DNA of 64,000 nucleotides from Candidatus Latescibacterota bacterium (GTDB lineage Bacteria; Latescibacterota; UBA2968; UBA8231): NCBI GenBank assembly GCA_965248265.1, contig CBDFJF010000001.1, positions 640,001 to 704,000 of the forward strand, read 5' to 3'. Shown piece by piece: positions 30,185 to 40,420 of this stretch (position 1 is its first letter; each line of letters starts with the position of its first letter). The notes under the pieces were generated by a model. It saw only the letters and a program-made list of their open reading frames with translations, ran no database searches and was not told where the DNA came from. The position numbers and the translations under genes were made by a program.

Positions 30185-31995
30185 TTATTGCAAATCTGAC
30201 CTACAACCTCGCGGAATTCCGGGTCCTCCCGCACAGCTTCAAAATCATGGGAATCCTCCCAAGTCCGTCTGAAGTAGGTGAACGCCCATTTGCTTTTGGC
30301 TGCACCGGACTGATTCAGACGCTTGAGTACCGCCAGGGCCCCATCGCGATCTGATTTCCTCATGTGAGTCACCGCCAGGTGCATGAACGGAACGCCACGG
30401 TCCCGTATCTGCTGTATGCATCTCTCGAAGAGCGGTATAGCCTCATCGCACATACCCGCCTCCCTGCAGGCACAGCCCAGATTGCAGAAGGCGTAACCCA
30501 GGAACCGTCGGTACCTTCTGTCGGCCTTGTCTCGCTGTTCGGCCCCCTCAGCGGCTGAAACCATCGACTTCCACTCAGATTCGTATCCATCCAGATTGTC
30601 GAGCGCCTCCTTCAGCGTCCGCACAAGACTCGTGTCCTCACCCATAGGACCGTACACCCGACAGATCAGCTGTCCATAGGTGTCGCTGATCCACCACCGG
30701 CGTTGGACGGGGTCGTCCACTGGTTCCCGCTCAAGGAAGTCGAGGTATTCTCTGCCGCTGGCAACGGCTTCCTCGAATCGCTCGAGCCACCCGAGCATGA
30801 TGATGCGGTCACGATAGTACATATAGTGGGTGATCGTCAAAGGGGGCGACAGCTCTCGGAACAGCCCCTGAGTCTCGTCCAACCAGACGTCCGCCTTACC
30901 CAGGTCGAAGTATATCTTCATCGGAGCAGCGAAATAGGATTGAAGCCGGTCGACCGTCTCGATGCCTTGCACGCTGAGAGCCCGCCTGAAGAGAGAGTAG
31001 GATCGCTCTCGGTCGATTGTACGGCAGCTCCATCCCGCTCGCTGCAAAGCCCTGTGGGACTCCTGCGGATCGAGTGCCGTCTCGGCCGCATGGGTCTCCA
31101 GCAAGTCGGCTTTATCCTCATGTCGTAGGAGAGTCTCGTAGAGCTCCGCGAGGTTCCACACGGTCTCACTGTCGTGCGCCCCGAGCCGATAGGCCTCTTG
31201 GTGCGCTACCAGCGCCTCCTGGACAAGCTGGTCATCTATCTCTTCATCCCTGTCAGCGAACATGTCATTCACTTCCCTGCCCAATGCCTCCGCCAGTCCC
31301 CGTTGCGCCCCAGCGTGTTCGCCCAAGTTTGAGAGGATACTCCGGAACTCTGCTCTCGCTTGTGGCCAGCGTTTTTCTTCGAGCAGGGCCTGCCCCCGCG
31401 CCAGTGCTGTACTGAGTACTTCCTCCCCGAATCCATCGGGCAGTTTCTGGTTGCCGATCGTTTCCTCGACCATTTCGACCATCTCCCGCTTGAGTTGTCT
31501 GCGTGCTCGATAGAGCCGTTGATTGACCGCCTGAGAGGATATCCCGAGGAAGGTACCGATCTGCTTCAGAGAGCTGCTTTCCAGATAATGCAGGATCAAG
31601 ACCTGGCGCTGCTCATCGGTGAGTCTGCCCAGCGCGTGGAAAACGGCTTGCCGAGTTTCCCTCGCTAGTAAATCCGCCTCTGGGGACGCTGGTGTTGCCG
31701 TCGCCGCTGGTTCCTCTCGACTCACCATGCGTTCGTGGCGGTGCCACATATGGCATTCGTTCATGGCGATCTGCCTGAGCCATGCGGGGAATCGACCCCT
31801 ATCGGACAGATCGCGCAGTCGGAGGTAAGCCTTGACGAAGACCTCTTGCGCCAGGTCTTCGGCCACATTCCGGTCTCTGGTGTAGGCGAGGCAGACACCA
31901 AACACAAACCGGCGGTACCGGTCCACCAGCGCCGAAAACGACCCGGTGTGGCCGTGCAGGCTTCTCTCGACGAGGTCTTGATCGGAATGTTCCAA
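30181..31995 (-). CDS. ECF sigma factor with C-terminal TPR-like extension
   Basis: AEDLAQEVFVKAY, AVNQRLYRARRQL; helical repeats; TTG start after GAGGA. Confidence 0.88.
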   Translation of the reverse strand: MEHSDQDLVERSLHGHTGSFSALVDRYRRFVFGVCLAYTRDRNVAEDLAQEVFVKAYLRLRDLSDRGRFPAWLRQIAMNECHMWHRHERMVSREEPAATATPASPEADLLARETRQAVFHALGRLTDEQRQVLILHYLESSSLKQIGTFLGISSQAVNQRLYRARRQLKREMVEMVEETIGNQKLPDGFGEEVLSTALARGQALLEEKRWPQARAEFRSILSNLGEHAGAQRGLAEALGREVNDMFADRDEEIDDQLVQEALVAHQEAYRLGAHDSETVWNLAELYETLLRHEDKADLLETHAAETALDPQESHRALQRAGWSCRTIDRERSYSLFRRALSVQGIETVDRLQSYFAAPMKIYFDLGKADVWLDETQGLFRELSPPLTITHYMYYRDRIIMLGWLERFEEAVASGREYLDFLEREPVDDPVQRRWWISDTYGQLICRVYGPMGEDTSLVRTLKEALDNLDGYESEWKSMVSAAEGAEQRDKADRRYRRFLGYAFCNLGCACREAGMCDEAIPLFERCIQQIRDRGVPFMHLAVTHMRKSDRDGALAVLKRLNQSGAAKSKWAFTYFRRTWEDSHDFEAVREDPEFREVVGQICNN

Positions 31996-32494
31996 AGGTC
32001 CTCTCTCGCTATCTATGATGCGGGAGACGGCGAAATATAACGCGTATGGGGGACGACCCCGGACTCGTGCGAGAGGTGATTGCACATATCAAGCCTGAAG
32101 GAATCACGAATCATCCATCGGGATGGCTTGCGAAAAATGTTCTGAGCGAGTCGTGGGCAGAGAGTGCGAAGCCAGTAGCAATCAGGCTGCCATGGCCTAT
32201 CCCCTCGTGGATGGGGTTCTAGACGAATATTGCGCCGTCCTCAAATCGGGGCGACGCTACCCGGGCACTGTCAACTGTCCGGTGCCTTTCATAATGTGTT
32301 GAGATCGCTGCGTTGACGGAGATATGACGAGATCTTACCTTGGGATTGCCCTCGTCACTCGCTGCGAGGCTAAACAAAGCGGGCCCCTCTGAGCCGAGCG
32401 GAGGTAAAACTTCTCGGCAACACCAAAGGCGAGGAGCAGGTCAGACGCGAGAACCGCGGCGGGCCGATTCCTCGCCTTTTGTTTTTCCAGCAAA

Positions 32495-32525
32495 GCGAGC
32501 ATCAGTCTATCAGTGAGATGCCCGC
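32495..32525. repeat. 31-bp two-arm site
   Basis: GCGAGCATCAGT-CTATCAG-TGAGATGCCCGC. Confidence 0.85.
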
Positions 32526-32537
32526 ACCAGTGGCAAC

Positions 32538-33887
32538 TCACTCCTCTCGTGGCACCATCCGCATTGGCATGAGTACGGCCTTGTGTCGCCGTTCGGCGAC
32601 GTCGAAGTGGATCGGAGGGCGATCGTCCTCGAGATGAATCCGTAGTTGATCTCCCGCAACTGCTAGTGCTGCCACGATCGTTTTCAGGAAGTCGTGGTTG
32701 ACGCCCACCCGAAAGGTGCCTGCCTCGAGACCGGTTACCTGGATGGGGCAGCCCACCGAGTACGCCCACTCCGGTCCTTCGATATTCAGGACGTGTGATT
32801 CCCCTTCGATTTGGGAGAAACCCTGGTCACGGTTGGTGCGAAGCATCAGCTTCTGCTCTTGACTCGACACCACGAGTTCCACGAGGGGATTGTATTGCCA
32901 GCCTGGAGCGCTCTCAGCCGGATGTCTCTGTCTCAGATAAGGCTCGACAGCCTCCACGCACGACATTAGGTCCGCGCTCCCGACGACCGCGCAGATCGGA
33001 CCGGGTTCGCCCACCGCCTTCTCATACTGCACGTAGGGACCAGGGATCGCAGGAAAAGTCGCGCTGAAACCATCGGGGGTCTGCAACGTGGCCTTGTCCT
33101 CGTCGAGTATCAACGTGGCTGTCTCCGCCTCTGGGACGGTGTCGGTGCGCAGGGCACCGAGCATCGCCGGGGCCGCCAGCGTCTCCAGGCCGACACTCGA
33201 CCAGTTGAGAAGACGTGAACCATCGGTGGCTATCACCCTTCCTCCGGCGTCTAGACAGACGGCTTGGAGAATGGGGCGATTCGGATCGTCGCTCCGGAAG
33301 CCGGTGACGTGACGCAGGCCGGCCAGATCGGCGGCGTTGAGCTCGAATCTTTGGGTGCAGCTGGATTCCGACATCGCGATAATCTCCTTTTCCAGACGTA
33401 ATCGGGCTTTCTGCAATCGGCTACGGACGGTGTCCGCTCTCAAGTCCAGCAGAACTGCCGTTTGTCGATACGAATAACCCTTGAGGTAGTGGTGGACGAT
33501 CACCTCCCGGTGGGCCCCGCTTAGCCGGCTCAGAGCAGCTCGCACGAGGCCACGGATCTGTTGCTCTTCCGGTTCATCGCGAGGTACAGCCCCAAACCGC
33601 TCGAGCAAGTCCAGCTGCGCGAGACGACGCCGATGCCACATACGGACCTTGTTGTCCGCAATCGAGCAGAGCCAGGCGCCAAAGCTCTCGGGATCGCAAA
33701 GGGTCTCCAACCGCTGAAAGGCAGCTACGAACGCTTCCTGCAGGACATCCTCGGCTGCCTCTCTGGAACCCAGCTTCCGGGTGATTCGAGCCTGGAGCCA
33801 CGGCGTGTGCTCCTCGACGAGCTTGCCAAACGCCGCGGGGTCACCGGCTGCCGCTGCGCTCACAATGCGTTTTTCATTCCGGTTCAT
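32538..33887 (-). CDS. ECF sigma factor fused to a DNA polymerase III beta-clamp-like module
   Basis: AEDVLQEAF, TVRSRLQKAR; C-term SDDPNRPILQAV, IATDGSRL, GPYVQYEKAV, GVNHDFL, AVLMPMRM resemble DnaN domains II-III. Confidence 0.85.
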   Translation of the reverse strand: MNRNEKRIVSAAAAGDPAAFGKLVEEHTPWLQARITRKLGSREAAEDVLQEAFVAAFQRLETLCDPESFGAWLCSIADNKVRMWHRRRLAQLDLLERFGAVPRDEPEEQQIRGLVRAALSRLSGAHREVIVHHYLKGYSYRQTAVLLDLRADTVRSRLQKARLRLEKEIIAMSESSCTQRFELNAADLAGLRHVTGFRSDDPNRPILQAVCLDAGGRVIATDGSRLLNWSSVGLETLAAPAMLGALRTDTVPEAETATLILDEDKATLQTPDGFSATFPAIPGPYVQYEKAVGEPGPICAVVGSADLMSCVEAVEPYLRQRHPAESAPGWQYNPLVELVVSSQEQKLMLRTNRDQGFSQIEGESHVLNIEGPEWAYSVGCPIQVTGLEAGTFRVGVNHDFLKTIVAALAVAGDQLRIHLEDDRPPIHFDVAERRHKAVLMPMRMVPREE

Positions 33888-34013
33888 GATCACTATATAG
33901 TTGCATCTCGGCGGTGGAAGTATCCCAGATGTAAAACCCAAAGCAGCAAACACGCGAGTTTTAGCCTCTCACCCTTCTGGGTGCAAATCCGCGTTACTTA
34001 GTACCGTCTTCCG

Positions 34014-35717
34014 GTGTCTTTCTCAATGGAACCTATGACTGTGCCCGATCAAACAGACGCTTCACTTGCACGCGCCGCCTCAACGGGGGACCTGGTCGCC
34101 TTTGAGCAGCTCATCCGACGGCACCAGGACAACCTCTACAGGCAGGCTATCAGTTATCTCGGCTGTTTCGCAGACTCCCAGGATGCCGTCCAGGACGCTC
34201 TCTGCGGCGCTTTCGAGCGGCTTCCCTCCCTGCGCGATCCGGAAAAAGTGGCATCATGGCTCCGCACGCTCGTGCGCAACCGATGCCTCAATATCCTCCG
34301 GGCTCGCCAACGACGGAACAAGGCCGAGGCCCTGGCTGAGGCGGCCCCTGTTCCTTCACTGAAGGACACGGAACCTGTGGACGAAACGGTGGTTCATCTG
34401 CTTTGCTTGCTGCCGAAAGCGTCTGCAACCGCCTTCCGGTTGCACTACATGGAAGGCCGGACCGTGGACGACATTGCCAGGACGCTGGAGACCACGCCGG
34501 GCAGTGTAAAGCAACGTCTGTATCGAGCGCGACACCAACTTCGACAGGAGGCGATTGATATGGCCACGACTGATGCAGACCGACTGCCCGATGATTTCCC
34601 AGCCCGGGTCATTGCCCACCTGATAGAATCCGGCCGGTGCGATCGGCTCCATATGCGCTACGACGAGGCCAAGGAGCATCTTCACCATGCCCTCGAGATT
34701 CAACCCGATCATCCTGGGGCCCTGCTCGAGTTGGGTCGGACCTACGGCCCCTTCGGATGGCCTGACGATAATCAGTTCGGCGCGCTGGAAAGAGCCGCTC
34801 GCGTTGCCCCGGATTCACTGGAGGTGACCTGTGAGCTGGCCATCGCCTGCCGGCAGCCCGGACGGGAAGACAGGTTGCAAGCTGCACACAATCGCGCCCT
34901 CGATCTGAGTGAGCATCGCCTGGCCAATCGACCCGATGATATCATGGCCCTCAAGATCCGGGCTCGATTGCTCATCCTGGATAAGGCCTTTGGGGAGGCG
35001 GAACACCTACTACGTAGAGCTGTCGAGCTCAGTTCCTCAGATCAGGAGGCTTGCTTCTGGCTGGCCAGGACACTTGATCACCTGGACCGACGCGCTGAGG
35101 CCCAGCCGCTCTACGAACGGCTCTGCGAGAACGGGGAGGGTACTTTTTGGACGGTTTCAGGGCACCGGCAACGCGCCACCCATCTCGCCTTCCGAGGGGG
35201 TGATATCGAACGGGCAGTCGAGCACATGGAAGAGGTCTGGCGCTTAACCAGGTGGCCGAATGAGGCTATGAACCTGATCTACTTCCTCGGGGCTTGCGAA
35301 CGATTCGACCGCATCCTGGAGTTGTATGAGATGGTCCAGCCGGAACGGCACCATCCGCGAGAACATGCCACTGCGGGCGTCGCCTACGCGCACAGAGGCA
35401 GATTTGAAGAGGCGCAGGCGGCCTGGGAGAGGGTTCTGGAAACAACCGGCAAGACACCGATAAGAGCTGAAGCGTCGCTCCACGTCGCCCGATCTTGTTT
35501 CGAGCTGGGTCAGTCAGACAGAGCCGTGGGACCGCTGGAGATTGGCATGGGTCTGGATCTGACGGACCGCGACGCCCTCGCAGGAAAGCCATCGACGCCC
35601 TTTTGGTCCGTGTGGACTCGGTGGCTGGTAGAGTGCCTAGAGGCGCTGGATTCACATGGCGCTCCGGTCATCCCCCTCCTCGACGGGGTACGTCAGCTGG
35701 CAGAACGGCGATCGTAG
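34014..35717 (+). CDS. ECF sigma factor with C-terminal TPR repeats
   Basis: SQDAVQDAL, SVKQRLYRARHQL, ALEIQPDHPGALLELG. Confidence 0.88.
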   Translation: MSFSMEPMTVPDQTDASLARAASTGDLVAFEQLIRRHQDNLYRQAISYLGCFADSQDAVQDALCGAFERLPSLRDPEKVASWLRTLVRNRCLNILRARQRRNKAEALAEAAPVPSLKDTEPVDETVVHLLCLLPKASATAFRLHYMEGRTVDDIARTLETTPGSVKQRLYRARHQLRQEAIDMATTDADRLPDDFPARVIAHLIESGRCDRLHMRYDEAKEHLHHALEIQPDHPGALLELGRTYGPFGWPDDNQFGALERAARVAPDSLEVTCELAIACRQPGREDRLQAAHNRALDLSEHRLANRPDDIMALKIRARLLILDKAFGEAEHLLRRAVELSSSDQEACFWLARTLDHLDRRAEAQPLYERLCENGEGTFWTVSGHRQRATHLAFRGGDIERAVEHMEEVWRLTRWPNEAMNLIYFLGACERFDRILELYEMVQPERHHPREHATAGVAYAHRGRFEEAQAAWERVLETTGKTPIRAEASLHVARSCFELGQSDRAVGPLEIGMGLDLTDRDALAGKPSTPFWSVWTRWLVECLEALDSHGAPVIPLLDGVRQLAERRS

Positions 35718-35730
35718 TCCGCCTAGCCTA

Positions 35731-35761
35731 GTGACCCACGGATAATGAGGACGATTACCGG
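35731..35761. repeat. 31-bp two-arm site
   Basis: GTGACCCACGGA-TAATGAG-GACGATTACCGG. Confidence 0.75.
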
Positions 35762-35846
35762 TGGGGCCAGACAGAGACCGCGCTTCGAACACTTCACTGT
35801 CGGGGTCCGGTGACAGGGAACTCCCGATAACGCCGGTTAAAATGAA

Positions 35847-36137
35847 TCAGCCGTGTGTTCCGCCAAGAAGCCCGTACAACCAGACTAAGACTCCTAATGC
35901 GAGCATGGCTGCCGGCCAGAGCAGGTTCGATCTCTCGCTTGCGAGCTCTCGGAATGTGGCATTCGTAAAGAAGAGGAAGCCGCTTATCGCGATCACAAAT
36001 CCAGGGATGACGAAAAGAGACATGGCCCAGATGCTAAGGAGCAGCTCTCCAATCCCAACTGGCTCGTATCTCAAGAAATGACCTACACCGAGTACGAGAA
36101 GGACCGAGGCGATGCATGCAATCGCTGCAAGTTTCAT
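35847..36137 (-). CDS. Small membrane protein
   Basis: Three TM segments. Confidence 0.55.
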   Translation of the reverse strand: MKLAAIACIASVLLVLGVGHFLRYEPVGIGELLLSIWAMSLFVIPGFVIAISGFLFFTNATFRELASERSNLLWPAAMLALGVLVWLYGLLGGTHG

Positions 36138-36245
36138 GGATTACCTTAGCGCAGAGCTTAGATCGATTGTGGATTGGACACCATAGACCAACGATAATGC
36201 CATTTTTAGGGAGTCAACGAATGGCCGAAACATCCATTGAAGCGT

Positions 36246-36346
36246 CTTTAACGTTCAACGGTATTGGAAATACTGTCGAGCTAGCGTGGGCAGTTTGCCC
36301 AAGGCCAAGCCGCCTCAAGGGGCGCAGCGAAAACCGTTTGTCAGGC
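36246..36346 (-). repeat. Possible degenerate attC site
   Basis: Minus strand GCCTGAC...GTTAAAG with inner AACGGT/ACCGTT, between two small co-oriented ORFs. Confidence 0.4.
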
Positions 36347-36354
36347 GCTGACAG

Positions 36355-36645
36355 CTAATCTCTTCCGAAGAGCCGTTTTGTGATCAATTCGACCGCGTAT
36401 CCGATTCCGCCGCATACACAGAAGATTAAGCCGTGTACAACCATGCCGCCCAAGATCACAACCCAAATGGGCTCTGTGAACATCAGCCCAGGATCTCCTC
36501 CAAAAAGCCCAAGCTTGGTAAGCTTGCCCTGGTTGAACAGAAACCACAACGCGAACAGGAAGAGCGCGACTATTGCTCCGGTGTGGCCGTCGCGTCTTAG
36601 CATACTGGCCTCTCCCGAGAACGAGACAGTGGGCGGCGGCCACAA
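36355..36645 (-). CDS. Small membrane protein (start uncertain)
   Basis: Two hydrophobic segments. Confidence 0.45.
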   Translation of the reverse strand: MWPPPTVSFSGEASMLRRDGHTGAIVALFLFALWFLFNQGKLTKLGLFGGDPGLMFTEPIWVVILGGMVVHGLIFCVCGGIGYAVELITKRLFGRD

Positions 36646-36818
36646 GGGGCATCCAAATCACCCAATAATACAGAAGCGTTCGAGGTGGGCCTGTTTCTTC
36701 TAAATCCGTTAACCACTAGGACTGAGATCAAATGGACCCTGACATGCGCAACTTCGTCCTCACTAATGGAACACCACATAGGACAGTGTAAAGTAACGAT
36801 AATTCCGATTAAAAGGAG

Positions 36819-37184
36819 TCAGCTGGTGGAACCGCCTCGTTGAAGTTTGACGGAATACTTGGTAACCCAAACGATGGCTGCTCCAATCACCATTAGGACG
36901 ACTCCTGGTGAAGCATCCACCAACTTGCTTTCAAAGTTTCCAATGTTTGCCGTCCACGAAACGGAACCGGTTGCGCCACCGACAGATAAGTAAAGGCCAC
37001 CCAGGATGCAGCCCACACCGACGATCAATCCAGCTATCGAGTAAATCAATTCGTTGCGGAGACCTTTCTTGATGATCTCATCTGAGAATTCGCCAGCCAA
37101 CGGGGACCTCCAAGTGTGATGGGGGACTTCAAGCATAAAGTACGATAATCCGTCAAACCCATAGGAGATGACCTGATGGCACAA
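36819..37184 (-). CDS. Hypothetical membrane protein (start uncertain)
   Basis: Two TM segments with DASPGV motif. Confidence 0.5.
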   Translation of the reverse strand: MCHQVISYGFDGLSYFMLEVPHHTWRSPLAGEFSDEIIKKGLRNELIYSIAGLIVGVGCILGGLYLSVGGATGSVSWTANIGNFESKLVDASPGVVLMVIGAAIVWVTKYSVKLQRGGSTS

Positions 37185-37349
37185 GGAGAGTTCACGAAAG
37201 AGGAAGCGGACGAGACGTTGGCGGCGGAGATGTATGGCGGGTTAAGCAAGGCGCGACAGGCTGAGTACTTCGGCCACTTGAGCGACATCGCGCTCTTCAT
37301 CGGTGCCGCAAAGAAGGTGGCACCGGAACCGCCCGTTGAGTCACGATAA
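37176..37349 (+). CDS. Small hypothetical protein (57 aa), below the ORF-track cutoff
   Basis: AGGAG RBS; MAQGEFTKEEADETLAAEMYGGLSKARQAEYFGHLSDIALFIGAAKKVAPEPPVESR. Confidence 0.55.
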   Translation: MAQGEFTKEEADETLAAEMYGGLSKARQAEYFGHLSDIALFIGAAKKVAPEPPVESR

Positions 37350-37366
37350 TATCTCTACTGAAGAGT

Positions 37367-37870
37367 CTACTTGTGCGGTTCACACGAGATGTCTTTGCCC
37401 ATGAGCGGAGCTTCGCAACGGATGATCTGGGGGATGGAGACCCTGATCACGGTGATGGCATCGAGCTCCTCGGTTGTACCTGGCGGCCAATCCGGACTAT
37501 GGTCACCAACATGTGTAAAGAAGTAGCTTAGGCGGCTTACCTTGCTCAACCCAGCTGGTTCACCCGTCACCGAGGACACAAATAGTTCGTCTTTGATGAG
37601 CCCGACGAGGTTTCGACAATGACCTTCTGGGTCTTTCTTGACCTCGCCGTAGTCAACTGCCAGGATGACCAGCTTGTCGTTATGCGTGTAACGGACTTTG
37701 GTCTTAACGGAGCTCACAAAGGTGTGCTGTAGATGCTGTTCAACTCGAAGTATGCCCAGATCCCACAGCGAAACAGGCTCATCCATCAACCAGGCGACTG
37801 CGGGCGTATTGGGCTTGGGGTGGGCGTGGACAATACTGGCGGCGATACAAAGCAGGAACACAAGTCGCAT
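37367..37870 (-). CDS. Secreted hypothetical protein (paralog of 59015-59629)
   Basis: Signal peptide, RBS GGAGGAG, LMDEPVSLWDLG. Confidence 0.65.
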   Translation of the reverse strand: MRLVFLLCIAASIVHAHPKPNTPAVAWLMDEPVSLWDLGILRVEQHLQHTFVSSVKTKVRYTHNDKLVILAVDYGEVKKDPEGHCRNLVGLIKDELFVSSVTGEPAGLSKVSRLSYFFTHVGDHSPDWPPGTTEELDAITVIRVSIPQIIRCEAPLMGKDISCEPHK

Positions 37871-38039
37871 AACGGACTCCTCCCATTTGGATACTGAGAA
37901 TATCGGACTCCTACAGTCGCCAAGCGAGTTGACTCACGATAACCCTCGTTAAAAGGAGTCCACCGTCTCTTGTGTGGGGCTGTGGGGTTGCGCCCGCCTT
38001 CCACTTGATACAGGCCGAATCGCGAAATCTGACGACATG

Positions 38040-38070
38040 GTGACCGTCAGTTGCTCAGGACGATGGTCAT
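38040..38070. repeat. 31-bp two-arm site
   Basis: GTGACCGTCAGT-TGCTCAG-GACGATGGTCAT. Confidence 0.85.
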
Positions 38071-38126
38071 GCGGGCCTTGTCATATCGTCCCCATGCTTC
38101 GTACAAAACTGCGAGGTTGTTTGGGC

Positions 38127-38612
38127 TCATTCCCACCATCGCACTTCGCGGCGGCCCCCTGACCTCTTCATTGCCAAAGCCCGCTCGCGAAGCGGCTCGG
38201 CTTCGGCATGCCGTCCCTGAGCCTCGTACACGAGCGCTAACTTCCTCACGCTCAGCTCTAATCGGGGATCCGTCAGATCCAGAGCCTTGTCACGGATTGC
38301 CAATGCTCGTTTGAACAAAGGCTCAGCCTTCTCGTATCTGGCATTCCTCATGTGGCAGTCCGCCATATCACTCAAGATGGTGGCCACTTCGGGATGCTTC
38401 ACACCAAAGGATTCCTCCACGATAGATAAGGCCCGCAAGTGTAGAGCCTCCGCCACCTCGTCCTTGCCCCCATCTAAATGCTGACATGCCTTCGTGTTCA
38501 TCGCCCTTGCCGAACTGAGACTTTCCAGATTGTCCTCGGTGCTACAGGACGAGTAGCATATGCTCAGTATGGCGCAAAGGGTTAGGTCCAAAGTGCTTGG
38601 TCTCATGATCAA
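38127..38612 (-). CDS. TPR protein (kinesin-light-chain-type repeats)
   Basis: HPEVATIL, AEPLFKRALAI, QGRHAEAEPL. Confidence 0.85.
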   Translation of the reverse strand: MIMRPSTLDLTLCAILSICYSSCSTEDNLESLSSARAMNTKACQHLDGGKDEVAEALHLRALSIVEESFGVKHPEVATILSDMADCHMRNARYEKAEPLFKRALAIRDKALDLTDPRLELSVRKLALVYEAQGRHAEAEPLRERALAMKRSGGRREVRWWE

Positions 38613-38643
38613 ATCCTGGCTGTGCCTGTTCTGTTCGATGCCA

Positions 38644-38674
38644 GCGACCCGCGTTGTCTCAATCCGATGGTCAT
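38644..38674. repeat. 31-bp two-arm site
   Basis: GCGACCCGCGTT-GTCTCAA-TCCGATGGTCAT. Confidence 0.8.
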
Positions 38675-38718
38675 TCTGGATTCAGGCGATCATCTGATCC
38701 TCGGCATGCGTGCTGTAA

Positions 38719-39903
38719 TCAGCACTGCCGCCCAACGGCAGTGCGATCCAAGCGCCACACGTCGCCCGGACTCCACTTAGTCTCAGTGTGGTGAGTGAAG
38801 TCGTGCTTGGTCAGCTCTGCCTGCTCCGCCGAAATGGTTATTGCATTTCCCGCTGCGAGGAATAGCGCATCGTCGTGGACGTGAATGGCGCACGCGTGGC
38901 GCTGGCTCCAGGGTGTGTCCGGGAGCTCCTGCCAATGCTCACCGTCCGCAGAATACCACACGTCGTTGCGATTACCGTCGGTCGCAACCTCATCTGGGTG
39001 GTCCGCTACCCCCCGGTGCCCCCCTAGCACCCAGAGCTTGCCATCCCACGCCGCGGTATCGTGGTACGAGCGCCCTGGCCAGGAAGCCTTCCCCTCGGCC
39101 AGATGACAGGTCCATTCGCGACCGTCTGCCGACGACCACACATCGTTGTGGAAGGTGCGCGTCTTCAGTCTTGGCTGCTGCGCGAAGTCCAATCGCAGTG
39201 AGCTCAACATGATCCCGCCCGCCCCAACGTATCCGCCACCCAGGATCCACATGCGACCGTCGAGAACTGGCACGCCACCATTGGCGCCGGTGATCATACC
39301 CCTGGGGGCCCATGGTGCGTTGTCCGTCACCAGCTCCCAGCTCAGGCCATCCTTTGTCCGCCAGACGTCGTGCAACGTCGGAGGCGCCGGCGGAAAGGGC
39401 TTGCCAGCCTTCAAGTGAGCCGCGAAATCGGTCAGGCCGGCTCCACCGGTCTGACCACCCATGACCCAGATTGACCCGTCGAAGACGGTGACCAACTGGC
39501 TGCCGCGCTCGTGCCAGGGTACCGTCGCCGCGACGAGCTCCCAATTCAGGCCGTCCTTCGACTTCCACACGTCGTCGTCCGTACCGCTCTCGGCCCCGAC
39601 GACCCAGATGTGATCGTCGTGCACGACCCCCCCTTGCATGTGCCTGCTGCTCCACGGCGCAGTGGCCGCCAGCGACCAGCTACCGCCATCATCATCCGAG
39701 CACCACACCTCCGAGCACACGTCCGACTCAAATGAGCCAGCGCCACCCCCGGCGAGGTCGGGCCTGTCGCTTGCGTACTGGTTCCAGCCACCCAGTAAGA
39801 AGAGCTTGCCCTGGAAGGAGACAAGCTGTGCCCCGTCGCGAGGCGACCATGGAACCTCCGAGCTCACACAGCTCCAGCTGAACGCGTCAGTCAGATCATT
39901 CAT
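38719..39903 (-). CDS. Kelch-like beta-propeller protein
   Basis: Repeats PW.PR....V....K.W.LGG...NDVW.S.DG..W. Confidence 0.85.
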   Translation of the reverse strand: MNDLTDAFSWSCVSSEVPWSPRDGAQLVSFQGKLFLLGGWNQYASDRPDLAGGGAGSFESDVCSEVWCSDDDGGSWSLAATAPWSSRHMQGGVVHDDHIWVVGAESGTDDDVWKSKDGLNWELVAATVPWHERGSQLVTVFDGSIWVMGGQTGGAGLTDFAAHLKAGKPFPPAPPTLHDVWRTKDGLSWELVTDNAPWAPRGMITGANGGVPVLDGRMWILGGGYVGAGGIMLSSLRLDFAQQPRLKTRTFHNDVWSSADGREWTCHLAEGKASWPGRSYHDTAAWDGKLWVLGGHRGVADHPDEVATDGNRNDVWYSADGEHWQELPDTPWSQRHACAIHVHDDALFLAAGNAITISAEQAELTKHDFTHHTETKWSPGDVWRLDRTAVGRQC

Positions 39904-40014
39904 GATAATATGGCCACGATCTTACCGCGCACGTGACGTCCCTCCAATCGTGCCGGCCCTCCGGGATCTGCTCCAGAGAAAATGAATGACGACCACCGAC
40001 ATGTCGATGCTGGG

Positions 40015-40045
40015 GCGCTCATCGTTGTCCTGATCTGATTCCCGC
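40015..40045. repeat. 31-bp two-arm site
   Basis: GCGCTCATCGTT-GTCCTGA-TCTGATTCCCGC. Confidence 0.82.
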
Positions 40046-40217
40046 TTGATCGATGGCGATCATCTGTTCGTTGGCCCCTTGCTTCAACGTACCTGTCTGA
40101 TGATGCCCCACGCAACTACAAAATGGCAGTCGGTACCCGTACTTCTACGGGTATCACGGCAGTCGTGAAGATGATATATTGGGCTTCGGATACAGGGGGT
40201 GTCAGCCTCTGGATGCT

Positions 40218-40394
40218 ATGCAGAAAATTAACCGCGAATCAGTCGAGAGAGCGGCAAGGCTCTACAAGACGAACACAGAAGCCAGCCTGGCCCTGGGAAT
40301 GCATCCAACTGCGTTTGGTAGAGCGTGCAGGAAGTATGACATCGAAACACCTGGTGCCAGGAAACTCAGAGTGAGAAAGCGGGCATCGGAGTAG
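40218..40394 (+). CDS. Small HTH protein
   Basis: TNTEASLALGMHPTAFGRACRKYDI, Fis-like HTH. Confidence 0.6.
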   Translation: MQKINRESVERAARLYKTNTEASLALGMHPTAFGRACRKYDIETPGARKLRVRKRASE

Positions 40395-40420
40395 CAGGAC
40401 GATGGACAGTGCCCTAGACA

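Noticed and set aside
40227-40245. GAATCAGTCG match to the four-arm site prefix
   Set aside because: Lies in the HTH coding sequence and lacks the following arms.
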